DNA of 64,000 nucleotides from Podarcis pityusensis (lineage: Eukaryota), in the NCBI GenBank assembly GCA_964106645.2, contig OZ067041.1. One strand, 5' to 3'. Under the pieces are notes generated by a model. The model worked only from the letters and a program-made list of their open reading frames with translations. It made no database searches and was not told the origin of the DNA. A program made the position numbers and the translations under genes. This document shows positions 1 to 12,406 of the stretch, one piece after another (within the stretch, counting starts at the first letter, position 1; each line of letters opens with the position of its first letter).

Positions 1-903
1 GAAAGTTGCAAAGTTGGGATTGCATTGTAAGCAGAATCTCTATTCATTTTGGATCAACTTCTAAACTGGCTGTCATTAAAGTTCATCTCTAGAAACATGA
101 ACTTGCAGAGCTTTCACAGCAGGAAGCTGAAACTTGAGGAGCCTTTGCTTGTTGGAGGTGGCTAGTAGAAGCAGCAGCAGAAATTTTTCAATGATGTGCA
201 AGCTTAGGATCTCCCTCTGAACTGCATAAAAGACTGGACCTCATTGCTTGTGTGCAATGTGCTACTTTGTCGTTCTGTAACATGTCTTATTGTATTTAAG
301 TTGTCTGAAGGCTTTGATGCACATTCTGCCATAAAGCTTGGAAGCACATTTTTGTTGCGGTGGAGATAATTTGTTTCTATACAAGGTCCAGATCAGGATT
401 CCACTGAACAACTCTTAACAGGAATGTCTGCTTATGGCATGCAGAAAGGTTCTTTCAGCTGTCTGAACATGTGCAGAGTGGAGTTTCTTTCCAAATGAGT
501 CACCAGGATACTCTATGGAGTAGGTTATCAGATCAGATAGGTTATCAGATCAACAAGGTTCTTACCCCTAAAATTGTCTTTAATATTTTAAGAGCAGATA
601 TACCATTTAAGAATAGAAAAATAATTCTGGTGTGTTGCTGTTTCATTCCTAGTATCCCCCCCTTCCTTCTTTTTCTTCCCCATTTTGGCTGATATTAGGA
701 TGGAGATAAGCACTGTGTGAATTTAGGAAGAGAAATCCTTGTATAAGATTCATGCAGTTGTTCAGAGTCCCTTATATACATTACCTTAAAGCAAGACTTT
801 CAACTGACATGCCAATGGCAGGAACTACCACTGCAATATTATGGAGAGCTACTCTTTCCTAACCCCAGTGCTCACATACGGCTTACATTTGAGTAACGTT
901 TGA

Positions 904-1514
904 GGACACAGGTGGCGCTGTAGTTTAAACTACTGAGCCTCTTGGGCTTGCCGATCAGAAGGTCAGCAGTTCGGGGTGAGCTCCTGTTGCTCTGTCCCAG
1001 CTCCTGCCAGCCTAGCAGATTGAAAGCATACCAGTAAAGGTAAAGGTACCCCTGCCCGTACGGGCCAGTCGTGTCCAACTCTAGGGTTGTGCACTCATCT
1101 CACTTAAGAGGCCGGGAGCCAGCACTGTCCGCAGACACTTCCGGGTCACGTGGCCAGCGTGATGAAGCTGCTCCGGTGAACCATTACCAGAGCAGCACAC
1201 GGAAACGCAGTTTATCTTCCCGCTGTAAAGCGGTACCTATTTATCTACTTGCACTTAAGGGTGCTTTCGAAATGCTAGGTAAATAGATACTGCTGTGGTG
1301 GGAAGGTAAACTGTGTTTCCATGCACTCTGGTTTCCATCACAGTGTTCCATTGTGCCAGAAGCGGTTTAGTCATGCTGGCCACATGACCCAGAAAGCTGC
1401 TTGTGGACAAACGCCGACTCCCTCAGCCTGAAAGTGAGATGAGCGCCGCAACCCCATAGTGGCCTTTGACTGGACTTAACCGTCCAGGGGTCCTTTTCCT
1501 TTACCTTTACCTTT
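904..1514 (+). mobile_element. Sauria SINE (Squam1), interrupted by a second Sauria SINE
   Basis: tRNA-like head ggacacaggtggcgctgtagtttaaac, body resumes at ~1277, and (ACCTTT)n tail ends at ~1514. Confidence 0.9.
1034..1280 (-). mobile_element. 5'-truncated Sauria SINE of a different subfamily, nested antisense in the previous SINE
   Basis: Begins with the reverse-complement tail gtaaaggtaaaggt and matches the reverse complement of the other Sauria copies (ggtacctatttatctacttgcac). Confidence 0.85.
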
Positions 1515-2357
1515 GAGTTAAGTATGCATATAGTTATAAGGAGGGTTGAGAGAGAATCATTCAGTAACCTAAAGCTTTTGGCATAAACTTGAAAAGTAAT
1601 TAAAAATAAGGCACTCTTTCTTTCTCTCAGCTCTTCTGCTCATTCTGCAGCATGGGGAATATTAACCTACAGCGCAGGAGTTTTGCTTCAGGATTACAAG
1701 GCTAACCACAATACCCTGTGTGGGATTCATACCTATTCTGCAGAATATCTTCACATTGCTGGCTTTGCAGGCCTCAGCCTCCAAAGAATTGTCAATTGAA
1801 GATCTGAGAAGTCACATCCCATTGCTTTCTAATAATCTACATAATTTATTGTAATTACATTTACGTTAAAGAAGATGTTGTGTTTCAAGTACCTCATGAA
1901 TTCCAGAAAACGTCTCACCAAGCAGTCAGAAAACTGACTTGCCATGGCTAGGAGCAGAAGATTTAAATAATTCTCTCTTCTTTAGGAAAATTACTGAAGT
2001 GCTGGATAGTGTTGGAGTACTAAAACAGAGTGCTAATCACAGGAAAGCAAGCACATGTTCTTAATTGAAGCTGTCTCAAGGGTTGTGCTCTTTCTGTTAA
2101 TAGCCAAGCTTCGGGGGCCTACAAGGAGGTGTGGTTTTCTAAATTTTGTTTCCTTTAGTATGTTCTAGAACAAATGTTCCAGAAGCTAACATCAGAACGA
2201 GGGATCAAAGCTTGCTCAATTAGTCCTGGGAAAAAGAAAAGGCATGTTCACATTGTTAAATGGCTTGGGAGAAAATCTGATAGCTCTACTTAGTAATAAA
2301 TAGATATTTGTATACAAGCCTCTCTGAAGAGGCGTGCTCCAAGAGCTCATAACTGTA

Positions 2358-2374
2358 GCGTTGCTAAGCAACGC
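2358..2374. promoter_or_regulatory. Palindromic RFX X-box-like motif
   Basis: gcGTTGCTAAGCAACgc is a near-perfect 17-bp palindrome matching the X-box consensus. Confidence 0.35.
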
Positions 2375-2559
2375 AACCTCACAGCCATAATGTGAACATA
2401 AAGTAGGCCCTAAGGAATACAACACATCGACTACGGAAGGAACAAGCGTCACACAGAGGATGTGGTGCTGAGCCAGTCACCAAGAGTATTTGCTGAATCG
2501 CTATCGCCAGGCCCTGAGTCAGTTGCGGATATAATAACCTCCAATGGTTCCATAGCTGA

Positions 2560-2735
2560 AGGCTGTAGTTTGGTGGTAGAGAATCTTCTTTTCATGCAGA
2601 AGGTAGGAAGTTCAAACTTTGGTGTCGTTAGGTAGGATTGAGTGGGTACCCAGCCTGATACTGCTAGTCAACAGTACTGAGCCAGATGGGGCATTGGTCT
2701 GTCCAAGTATAAGGCAGCCTCCTGTGTCCCATTCC
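2560..2735 (+). mobile_element. Degenerate tRNA-derived SINE with CR1-like tail (Squam2/Anolis SINE2-like)
   Basis: Box A/B-like head and ...agtataaggcagcctcctgtgtcc tail shared with copies at 4052, 36222, 49533 and 57491. Confidence 0.65.
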
Positions 2736-3065
2736 TAATGTTTTATTATGTGTCCCCCCACCCTACCCCCAAAATCCACTCAAAGCAGCCCATGGTTGCA
2801 CAAATGGGATTCATCTCCTTCATCTCCTCTTTCTTCCCACAGCCTTCTATGGTAAAATAGGCTGAGAGAGACTGAGAGAAAGAAAATGACAGCCAAAGGT
2901 CACCTGGGCTGTATTCCCATGGCGGTTTATTCTGTTTTCATTACCAACTGTTACTCCAACTGTTAAGGTCTACATTATATTTAAGTAATCACACAAAATA
3001 AAACCACTTCTGGGACTATAGTGGCCGGTGGGGGGGGGGGAGAAATCTATATGCAAATAATATGT

Positions 3066-3362
3066 CCTCGGTCCTGTATACATGAAGGAGCATCTCCACC
3101 CCCATCATCCAGCCCGGACACTGAGGTCCAGTGCCGAGGGCCTTCTGGCAGTTCCCTCGCTGCGAGAAACCAAGTTACAGGGAACCAGGCAGAGGGCCTT
3201 CTCAGTAGTGGCGCCTGCCCTGTGGAACGCCCTCCCAGCAGATGTCAAGGCAATAAACAACTATTTTACTTTTAAAAAACAACTGTTTAGGGAAGTTTTT
3301 AATGTCTGACACTGTATTGTTTTAATATTCAGTTGGAAGCCACCCAGCCAGATGGGCGGGGT

Positions 3363-3398
<36 letters not shown>

Positions 3399-3400
3399 TT
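3066..3400 (+). mobile_element. L2 LINE 3' fragment with (AAT)n tail
   Basis: ORF remnant RAFSVVAPALWNALP is typical of the L2 ORF2 C-terminus; highly similar to 22228-22828. Confidence 0.85.
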
Positions 3401-3439
3401 TTATTATATTATGGAAACGAGTGCTAAACGTGTGCTATA

Positions 3440-3760
3440 TTCCACTATTGCTGATCGTTGCTGGCATCCATCTGTCTTGGGGGACAAAGGAGGAGTGCAC
3501 CTTTGGGGGTGAAGTCAAGCTGTCATAAAGTTGCAGTGCTTGCTGTGGCTGTAGAGACGAATATGGGAGAGATTTGTTTTGTTGTAGCTGCGGCAGACGA
3601 AGGCATCCGGTTGTGCTGCTGCAGATGCACTATGGCGTTTTTTCTCTCTGCGTCTTTCCCAGCAGTCATTCCTCCTCTGGTCACTGCTATGGATTGCATG
3701 ACCTGTCTGTCTGTCTACAGACACTGCGGTCATCTGCAAGGGATTTTCACAAAGCAGGGT
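3440..3760 (-). mobile_element. RTE-clade LINE 3' fragment
   Basis: Minus-strand ORF ends ...FVCRSYNKTNLSHIRLYSHSKHC, a degenerate C-terminal C2H2-like motif of RTE elements. Confidence 0.7.
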
Positions 3761-4051
3761 TAATGTTTCCACTATAGTTTCGGAAGTGACCCCTACTTTG
3801 TGTGAAAGCTCAAATGCATTGCGAAAATTAACAGTTAGGGAAATGTCACAAAAGTGGAATAAGCTGCCATGTGAATGTAACCCTGGTGAACTTTATATCT
3901 GAGCTATCATGTCTCCCGACTCCATGTCCACCATGTCTTTAGGAATTAAATATCCAAGTATGTGCAGATAGGGCTGCCTCTTGAATTTGTTGCAAATATA
4001 TACCGGTATATGTAAACCATTTGATTTTGCACACCACAGCTGCTGAGGTTG

Positions 4052-4242
4052 CATAAGAACATAGGAAGCTATATTATATCGAGTCAGATCATTGGTCCAG
4101 TTACCTCGGTATCGTCTACACACTGTATGACAGCAGCTCTGCCCGGTTTCAGACAGGGACATCCCCAACCTTACCTGGAGAATGGCAACTGAACCTGAGA
4201 CCTTCTTCATGCAAAGAGGATGCTCTGCCACTGAGCCATGGC
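4052..4242 (-). mobile_element. tRNA-derived SINE with CR1-like tail (Squam2-like)
   Basis: Reverse-complement tail cataagaacataggaagct and tRNA head ...tgctctgccactgagccatggc. Confidence 0.75.
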
Positions 4243-4256
4243 ATTTCCCCAGCTTA

Positions 4257-5076
4257 CCATATTTTTCGCTCTATAAGACGCACTTTCCCCTTCCTAAAAA
4301 GTAAGGGGAAATGTGTATGCGTCTTATGCAGCAAATGCAGGTGGGAGGCTCTGTCAGTGCTCCCTTTAAAGAGCCGTGTGGAGCGTGTGTGTGGCTCTTG
4401 GGGGCTTTTCCCACCTCAGGAAAAGCCCCCAAAAGTCACACACACGCTTCACACGGCTCTTTAAAGGGAGCGCAGCTCTTGGGGGAGCCTTAGCCGCGCG
4501 CAGCCAGGACAGTGAGCGGGATGGATCCCTCTGGCTGTCTTGGCTTCTGCCATAGCTGGCGCAGCCTCTCCCGGCCAGAGAGGCTGCCCGCGGCTAAAGA
4601 AGCCAGGACAGCGAGCAGGATCCTGCTGGCTGTTCTAGCTTCTGGCTTAACCAAGGGATGAAATCTCCGCAGGGGAGCGGGGAGCCTTCATCCCGCTGCC
4701 CTGCGAAGGCTTCCTGTGGTTATCCCTGGCTTCTGTGCGAGGTGGGGGAAGGGGCAGAGCGTGCGCTCTGTCCCTTCCCCCACCTCCCAGAAAAGCCCCC
4801 AAGAGCCGTGCTCCCTTTAAAGAGCGCACGGCTCTTGTGGGAGGAAAGCCAGTAGGCTTGCTTTTGCTGAAGCCAGGAGGGCAAGAGGGATCAGTGCGCA
4901 CCAATCCCGCTTGCTCTCCTGGCTTCAGGGGTAGCCCCGCAAAGCCTCCTGAGCGAAGATAGAGGAGCGCTCCCTCTTAGCTCAGGATGCTTTGCATTCC
5001 TTTCTTATTTCTTGTTTTCCTCCCCTAAAAACTCGGTGCGTCCAATCCTCAGGTGCGTCTAATAGAGCGAATACGG
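4257..5076. mobile_element. Non-autonomous Tc1/mariner-superfamily (Tc2-like) DNA transposon with internal hairpin array
   Basis: TA-flanked TIRs cc(a/g)tatttttcgctctataagacgca / tgcgtctaatagagcgaatacgg; GC-rich interior with multiple inverted repeats. Confidence 0.8.
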
Positions 5077-6948
5077 TAAAATGCTAATAACATGATGATT
5101 ATGGCTCCCCCGCCCCCATAGAAGCACGCGCGCACACACACACACAGCTTTTAAATTAGTGCATGACAGGTACCAAATATAGCATGTGGAAAAGAATCTT
5201 CAGCTGTAGCTAATTGACGGGGAGGGCAGGGATCCCATCTGTAGGCGTAGGGGTGTTCCAAGCACACATTTCTACTTTGAAACGTTGCAAAGACCAGCAG
5301 AGCAGACACCCAGTGATGGAAGCTGGGCAGTGGATTTCATGAGCCACTGTCTGTAAATATCTTCCTTTCCATTCTTCATTTTGTTCTCTCTCTCTCTCTC
5401 TCTGAATGGATAAGCTCTGCATTTGGTTGCCCATATGTGAAACAAATGCTTTGACATTTGCAAATGTCAGTTTAATAACAAACTCTGGAGGCCCTTGCAT
5501 TGACATCAGCTTGGTGAAGCATTTCGAAGAATGAAAAACAACTGTCTCTTTCCAGTGAATGAAGCTGTAACTTATGGATGTGGGTACAGTACATTATTGA
5601 TTGTCTCCAAATGAATTGTCTTTGTTGTGAGAACCAAGCCAATCCCTGTCCTTTGCCGTAGTACTTCACAGTGATTAATCTAGCAAAAGAACACTGTATA
5701 AAGTCCATTTGTCTTTCCTTGCTGTGTTTTGTTCAGATTCCAGAAGCAGTCTGAATGTTCTTTCGCAGCTCTTCAGTTGTTGTTGTTGTTGATGATGATG
5801 ATGATTTGGCTTTCCATTGGCACACCCTTTTTATTTTTGTGCTTCATTGTCCCATAACCAATACAGATTTAATGGCAAGATTACAACTCGATAGCTAGTT
5901 AGACATACTGAGCAAAATCAAATGGGACAAATTTGATTTTTGGAGACATGTGAAGCTCTTGTGCTGCCAAAGCTAAACAATAATGTTTCTGAAAGTTGCA
6001 TTGATAGGCGACAGTCTAGGAACTGGTTCAGTGGTCAAAAAGCCACAGCTCCAAAATGCAACAGGGTTAGACTGTCTTCCCTTGACAGTTTATTCTGTTT
6101 CCCTTATGTTTCCTTGTTAATCGCCACATTATATTTGAGCTTTCAAATGTACAAGCCACTTCTGGAAAATTAATGGAATATAGCACAAGTTCAGTGCTCA
6201 TATCCATGTTATTTGATTGCAGGAAAAAACCCAACGATTTCCAGCCCCCTTAATTTGAAAAATTGTGGGAGTAATGTGACAAAATTTGGGGTGGTATAGC
6301 AGCATACAGTTCTCTCCTGCTGTTTTCATGTTGGAACAGAAGCAAACACATGCAGAAAGGGTGGGAGAGTAGCAACGTTGTGCAAGGTCATCCGTTGTTG
6401 TGTCACACCACACCCACTGGTGTGAATGAGAATTTTCACAACATAGTCCATAACACAAGTTACTGCAGTTGAAAAATGGGACAGAAGCCTTAGCGTTATA
6501 ATAAGGTACACTAACTAGTTCCGCACATTTGAATACACCCTCAAGATAATGTTAGAAACCGGCACAGAAGCGCTAGTAATACAACCAGGAAAGCTAATGC
6601 AATAAACCTCATGTTTGAATATAGTCTTAGGTAGGTTTGTCTTTAAATGTGACCTGGACCAAATTTCTCCCCTATTCTGACTTGCTATGGGAGGGGAGGG
6701 GAGGGGAGGGGTGTGGGCACGTGTTGTGAGCTTCACCCTCACCGCCACCTCTCCTCCCTGTTCTGTCCAGGAATGTTTCAGGAGGAGTGGAAAGGGATGA
6801 CTGCACCTTTTGTGAAATTGTTGATTCACCCTTCCCCCCCCCCCATTTTCTGACGTCCTGGAAACCTGTCATTCCCACCTTGCACTAAAGGCTCGCTGAA
6901 ACTCCATCTGTAGCTAGAACTACTCGTTTCTTTCAGGCAGAGACGTGT

Positions 6949-7694
6949 TGTTATGAGTTTGGGTGGGGAGGACCAGCTTTATGCTTGGGTGCTCTTCTCA
7001 TTCCTGTATCCAGCATGAATTCAATTCCTGGAAGAGCCAGGCTAGCTTCCTGGTGAGGTAATGGCACTCTTAAGTATGGGCCATTAAGGTAACAAAGGAA
7101 GTAAAAGAGAAGAAGAGTTTTGGATTTGATATCCTGCTTTATCACTACCTGAAGGAGTCTCAAAGCGGCTAACATTCTCCTTTCCCTTCCTCCCCACAAC
7201 AAACACTCTGTGAGGTGAGTGGGGCTGAGAGACTTCAGAGAAGTGTGACTGGCCCAAGGTCACCCAGCAGCTGCATGTGGAGGAGCGGAGACGCGAACCC
7301 AGTTCACCAGATTACGAGTCTATCGCTCTTAACCACTGCACCACATTGCCTCTCTGTGTGTAGCTCTGTGCCAGGGGACAAATAGGTTGGGTTCCCTCCC
7401 TCACCTTGCTGGTACTTAGAAAGACAAAGGCCAAGGCAGAGGGTTGAGTTATGTGAGCTGCAAGCTGGCAAGGCTGAAGGCTGGGCAGCTGAGAGACAGA
7501 GCTATGCCTGATTTCTGTTGGAATCCAAGGCTGCGGCTATGGAGAAGCAAAGCCCTCTTGGGGTGTTAATGCTGTGAACCCCTCCACCGTGGGCTCAGGT
7601 TGTGTGTATATATATGTATAGATAAACCATATATCCTAAAGACACCACAGTCTCTGCTGTGCCTCATTCCAAAGGGTGAGAGTATCGTGCAACA
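6949..7694 (+). mobile_element. Possible old solo LTR, interrupted by a Squam3 SINE
   Basis: TGTT...AACA termini and a gataaa polyA-like signal near the 3' end; TSD not clean (gtgt/atat). Confidence 0.35.
7105..7354 (-). mobile_element. Squam3-type (MIR/Ther1-derived) SINE
   Basis: tRNA head, gggtgaccttgggccagtcac core and (CTT)n tail on the minus strand; near-identical to 28215-28474. Confidence 0.85.
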
Positions 7695-8139
7695 ATATTT
7701 AGAATGAGAACTCAGGGCAATGCGAGTGATTAATACCATATGCATATTGGAAGATGGGAGCCTAAGTAGAATTGATGAGAACTTTGCAGTGCAGAGATCA
7801 TTAACAACAGCTTATTATAGAGGACGCAGTCTAGTTTCGATGATACATGCATACTGTCCTCTAACTTGGTGCAGATTTAATTTGTGGGGTGCGGGGAAGC
7901 AGTGGTGGCACGAGCAGACAAATGGTAATGTATAACCGTTCTTTGCAAATGGTTATTCAAATGCCATTTGCCACAATAGAATTGAAAATTACTTCAATAC
8001 CTGCTGGGGGAAAGTGTCGACTATACTGTTGCCTGCAAAGGAAAAACAACAACAACAATAGGACTCTCTCTTTAACATCATGGGCTTCCTTTGAGCACTA
8101 CACCTTTTACCAGTACTGAGCTTTCTGTATTGATGCTTC

Positions 8140-8223
8140 CGCATTGCGTTTTTGGTTTTCGAACATTTTGGAACTTGAACGGTCTTCCAGAACAGATTAT
8201 GTTTGAAAACCGAGGTACCACTG
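8140..8223. mobile_element. Terminal fragment of a Tigger/pogo-like MITE
   Basis: Ends gaaaaccgaggtaccactg followed by TA. Confidence 0.6.
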
Positions 8224-9465
8224 TATTTCATTGGGAGGATTAAAGCTATGTTTATGGACAAATAGATGGAAAGAAAAATAACTAGATTGACGTTTAACCC
8301 TGTAATTAATGAATATGTGTGTAAGCACATATGTAATTTGTGAAATTATATTTAAATGCCAAGTGAGGAATTATTGTTAATTCATGGTGTTTCTTTATCC
8401 CTTCAAAAACATTCTATATCACTCCGCTGAAGTAGGAGAAACATATATATTGATAGTGCTCTAAGCTGTCTGTATGCTACTAGACAAAACAGCATTTTGT
8501 ATGCACAAGAGGGAGGCATTAACAGGTGTGTGTGGTGGAGGAGGAATCCTAATATTTTGCAGAAGCAGCCTGTGTTTTGGATGACAAGGGGAAAAAATCT
8601 TTATAAAAAAATATCCCCGGGGAAACCCCAGCCACACACACACAAAATACTTAATGAGGAATGAGCATGCTCAGTGGGCACTGAATGCTAAGTACACAGT
8701 GGTGGAAAACAGTAGAGGGATGAGAAATAACATGGAGTATCTGAAATCCCGATCAGATGATACTATTTGTAACAATTACTAGCCATCATTCTACTGTGGC
8801 CAATTCTGTGAAATTTATAATCGACAAAATGTGTGGAAGCATGTGAAATAATAGGAATAAAAGAACAGACTGGGAAGGATATCTTTCCCGGTCAGAATCC
8901 AAGCCAGATTCAGGGATCCTTGCTGGAAAGGAATTATTTCTGGACCAGGACTACCAGATTCTAGTAGGTTCTAACCTGCATGGTTGGGAGCAGCTGAATT
9001 TAGTTGAGGGCTCCAGATGTTAGAGCTACTTGTTCAATAGCAACAGAAATGGGAAAAACTTGGTTCAAACAGATACTGTGTATGGAAGCTGGTTGTCTAG
9101 GACTGGGGAAAAAGAAGACTCCAGCTGCTGCTTCTGCTGCTCCAAAGATGGCTGTGGCTCAAGGCAGCATTTGTAAGAAAGGCAGCCTGGCATCTGGCCT
9201 CATACATGCACTATGGCAGTGCCAAGCTGGGGGGTGGGGTGGGGAGAGCTGGACACTCGGCTGCTTAAGCCCATTGCTCAATTTCCTCTGCCTTCTGCAT
9301 TTTTGTGGCACCCACTCTCCAGTCCTGTATTCAGTGCATAGGTAATGCTTACAGTAGTTGCCATTTTGAAGTCAGGTAGGATGGGGGGGAGGCTGTCAGC
9401 TGATTGCTCTTGCTGGCTGGATTTTTGTCTACTTTGCACTGGTTTGGTGACCGGTGCCTTTAGCA

Positions 9466-9813
9466 GGTAAGGTAAAGGGACCCCTGACCATTAGGTCCAG
9501 TCTCTGACGTCTCTGGGGTTGCGGTGTTCATCTCGCTTTATTGGCCGAGGGAGCCGGCGTACAGCTTCCAGGTCATGTGGCCAGCATGACTAAGCCGCTT
9601 CTGGCGAACCAGAGCAGCACACGGAAACGCCGTTTATCTTCCCGCTGGAGCGATACCTATTTATCTACTTGCACTTTGCTTTCAAACTGCTAGGTTGGCA
9701 GGAGCAGGGACTGAGCAACGGGAGCTCACCCCGTCGCGGGGATTCGAACTGCCGACCTTCTGATCGGCAAGTCCTAGGCTCTGTGGATTAACCCACAGTG
9801 CCACCCGCGTCCC
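9466..9813 (-). mobile_element. Full-length Sauria SINE
   Basis: Runs ggtaaggtaaagggacccctgacc ... gccacccgcgtccc; matches the other copies. Confidence 0.93.
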
Positions 9814-9880
9814 TAGGTTGGCAGGTAATCACCCCTAAATAGGTTAGTTGGCCAGATCCGCAGGAAGTTGTGGGAAGTTA

Positions 9881-10527
9881 TAGAATCATAGAATCATAGA
9901 ATCATAGAGTTGGAAGAGACCACAAGGGCCATCGAGTCCAACCCCCTGCCAAGCAGGAAACACCATCAGAGTACTCCTGACATATGGTTGTCAAGCCTCT
10001 GCTTAAAGACCTCCAAAGAAGGAGACTCCACCACACTCCTTGGCAGCAAATTCCACTGTCGAACAGCTCTTACTGTCAGGAAGTTCTTCCTAATGTTTAG
10101 GTGGAATCTTCTTTCTTGTAGTTTGGATCCATTGCTCCGTGTCCGCTTCTCTGGAGCAGCAGAAAACAACCTTTCTCCCTCCTCTATGTGACATCCTTTT
10201 ATATATTTGAACATGGCTATCATATCACCCCTTAACCTCCTCTTCTCTAGGCTAAACATGCCCAGCTCCCTTAGCCGTTCCTCATGAGGCATCGTTTCCA
10301 GGCCTTTGACCATTTTGGTTGCCCTCCTCTGGACATGTTCCAGTTTGTCAGTGTCCTTCTTGAACTGTGGTGCCCAGAACTGGATACAGTACTCCAGGTG
10401 AGGTCTGACCAGAGCAGAATACAGTGGCACTATTACTTCCCTTGATCTAGATGCTATACTCCTATTGATGCAGCCCAGAATTGCATTGGCTTTTTTAGCT
10501 GCCGCGTCACACTGTTGGCTCATGTCA
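9881..10527 (-). mobile_element. Young 5'-truncated CR1 LINE
   Basis: (ATTCTATG)n tail at 9881-9908, uninterrupted ORF2 C-terminus, flanking repeat aagttat on both sides. Confidence 0.95.
9966..10523 (-). CDS. CR1 ORF2 (reverse transcriptase polyprotein) C-terminal fragment, 185 aa
   Basis: Motifs [30 protein letters not shown] and WNLLP. Confidence 0.85.
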   Translation of the reverse strand: MSQQCDAAAKKANAILGCINRSIASRSREVIVPLYSALVRPHLEYCIQFWAPQFKKDTDKLEHVQRRATKMVKGLETMPHEERLRELGMFSLEKRRLRGDMIAMFKYIKGCHIEEGERLFSAAPEKRTRSNGSKLQERRFHLNIRKNFLTVRAVRQWNLLPRSVVESPSLEVFKQRLDNHMSGVL

Positions 10528-12029
10528 AGTTATCAGGTAGTTAAAGTTTGGTGAGCACCCTTAGCGTGAAGGGTAGTAATCCCGAGACTTGTCTTCAGTG
10601 GACTTGCTGGGAGGGTAAGGAGCAGCTTTGTAAGACCTGCTTGGAGTTGTGGTGCCCTGGAAGGTCTCTCTACTCACCGGAAAGGGTGGGACTTAAGGGA
10701 AGGGGTAGATGAAATATTGCCTCTTATCCTTGGTTTTACCCAGTCTGCTTTGTGCACCTTGGTTCTGCACAGATCTGTTGCATTGAATAAGTCATGCCCA
10801 GTTCACCTAACCTTTGTGTCTTGCCGTATTATTTCCCTAGGTGGCTGCAATTCAGCCTATAGGTGCCACACTTCCCTGCAATACAGTCCTAAATACCTAG
10901 GACTGTGCAAATTTTTGAGGCTGCCTATGTTAGCTGGTGATCCTCAGTCTGCTTCAGTTGCCTAAAGTTCACAAATGAAAAAAACGCATTATTTTATTTC
11001 ATTTCATTTGAGAAACTAGGTATTCCTCTCTGCTCTTCTATGCTGATTTTTTTCTGCTGGAAATCTTGGAGCTTCTGACTAGATATAGTTAGAAGAAGCT
11101 TAATTATTTTATATTTTCATAGGGATTTGATGGGGAGTGTTGTGTGTTTGTGTGCATGGAACTGAGGGACAGGTATTTAAAGTTGTTGGTAATTTGTTTT
11201 CTGGGTGTTTAAATTAGCATATTGTTAATTAAATGAGTGTCTGACATCTGGCAGGATATAAGCCTTCTAGTCCTTAATTCTGTGTAAAGCTTCTCTGCTA
11301 AGCCAAATTATTGGTGCCATTTGGGAGTATTGTAGCTTTCATCAGAGATTGCAAAGCACTCTCCAACAATTTCTGTTGCAAGCATCTTCTATTATGCTTT
11401 CTGTAGCAACTTGCAATGTGGTCAATGAGTTCATCGGCTCAAGGAAGTGAAGGCTTTCAGACCCACTTAGGCTTGAATTTCCAATGTCCCTACCTCCTAC
11501 TTCTCCTTTACCTAAGGAGTAGTTCCAAAAATATAGTTAAATTGGTATCCTTTTAGGTAGCGGAAATTTAATACAAGTGAAAAGCTGAAGACAGCGCATG
11601 GATTTGGGCAGCTTATTACAGAGAGCAAGATAAAGTCAGACAAGAATTTTTAAAAGACAGCTATTACCCCACAGGCAGATTTTCACAATCAAATGCAAAT
11701 GTGAACTTTAGTACCTGCCCTTCTGTAAGTACCTTTCCACTTTCTGCAATAAGATGTTTGTTCTTTCCATATATCTAGGTTTCTTTTACTAATCTCAAAC
11801 AAGTTTTGACTCTTTCCAACGGCATCCACTGGTGCTTGGCTTTCCAGTTCCCAGTGCACACACAATGCTGTAGACTCCGCAGACTGTGTCAAATGGATGT
11901 TATGTCAATTGGAAATGGATCCAAGTGAAGGTTTATCACTATAACAAATGAGAGAGAGGAATACCATGCAGCCACTCATGAACTCTACTGACAGGCCTGC
12001 CTGAGTGTTGAGGAAGCCTTGCTCCTGGT

Positions 12030-12362
12030 GCCACTGTGAAAAGAGGGACAATGGTGCATGGAAGGAGCTTTTCAGTGATAGCTCCCAGGTTGTGGAATGC
12101 CCAACGCTTTGCTCCAACATTGTATGGTTTTCATTGGCAGGTCAAGTCGCACTTCTTTGTCTAGGCTTTAAGAGAGGTGAGGTGACATTTTACATCCTTT
12201 TCTGTATTGCTACCTTCTCTACTGTATAATGCCGCTGCGATAATTTTTACTGTAATTTTAGATATTACGTTTTTCTGGTTTAATCTTCTGACATCACCCA
12301 TCCTTGGGCTGTTGGGTGAAGGACTGGTAATAAATTCAGTCAGTCAGTCAGTCAGTCAGTCA
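12030..12362 (+). mobile_element. Old L2 3' fragment ending in (TCAG)n
   Basis: gagcttttcagtgatagctcccaggttgtggaatgcc is a degenerate RAFSxxAPxLWN. Confidence 0.55.
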
Positions 12363-12406
12363 AGGACTCAGTAAGTATGCCAGGCTAATTCCATTATATT
12401 CTATAA

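Noticed and set aside
1-870. Possible coding exon at the window start
   Set aside because: No long open frame on either strand and no convincing splice pair or recognisable protein
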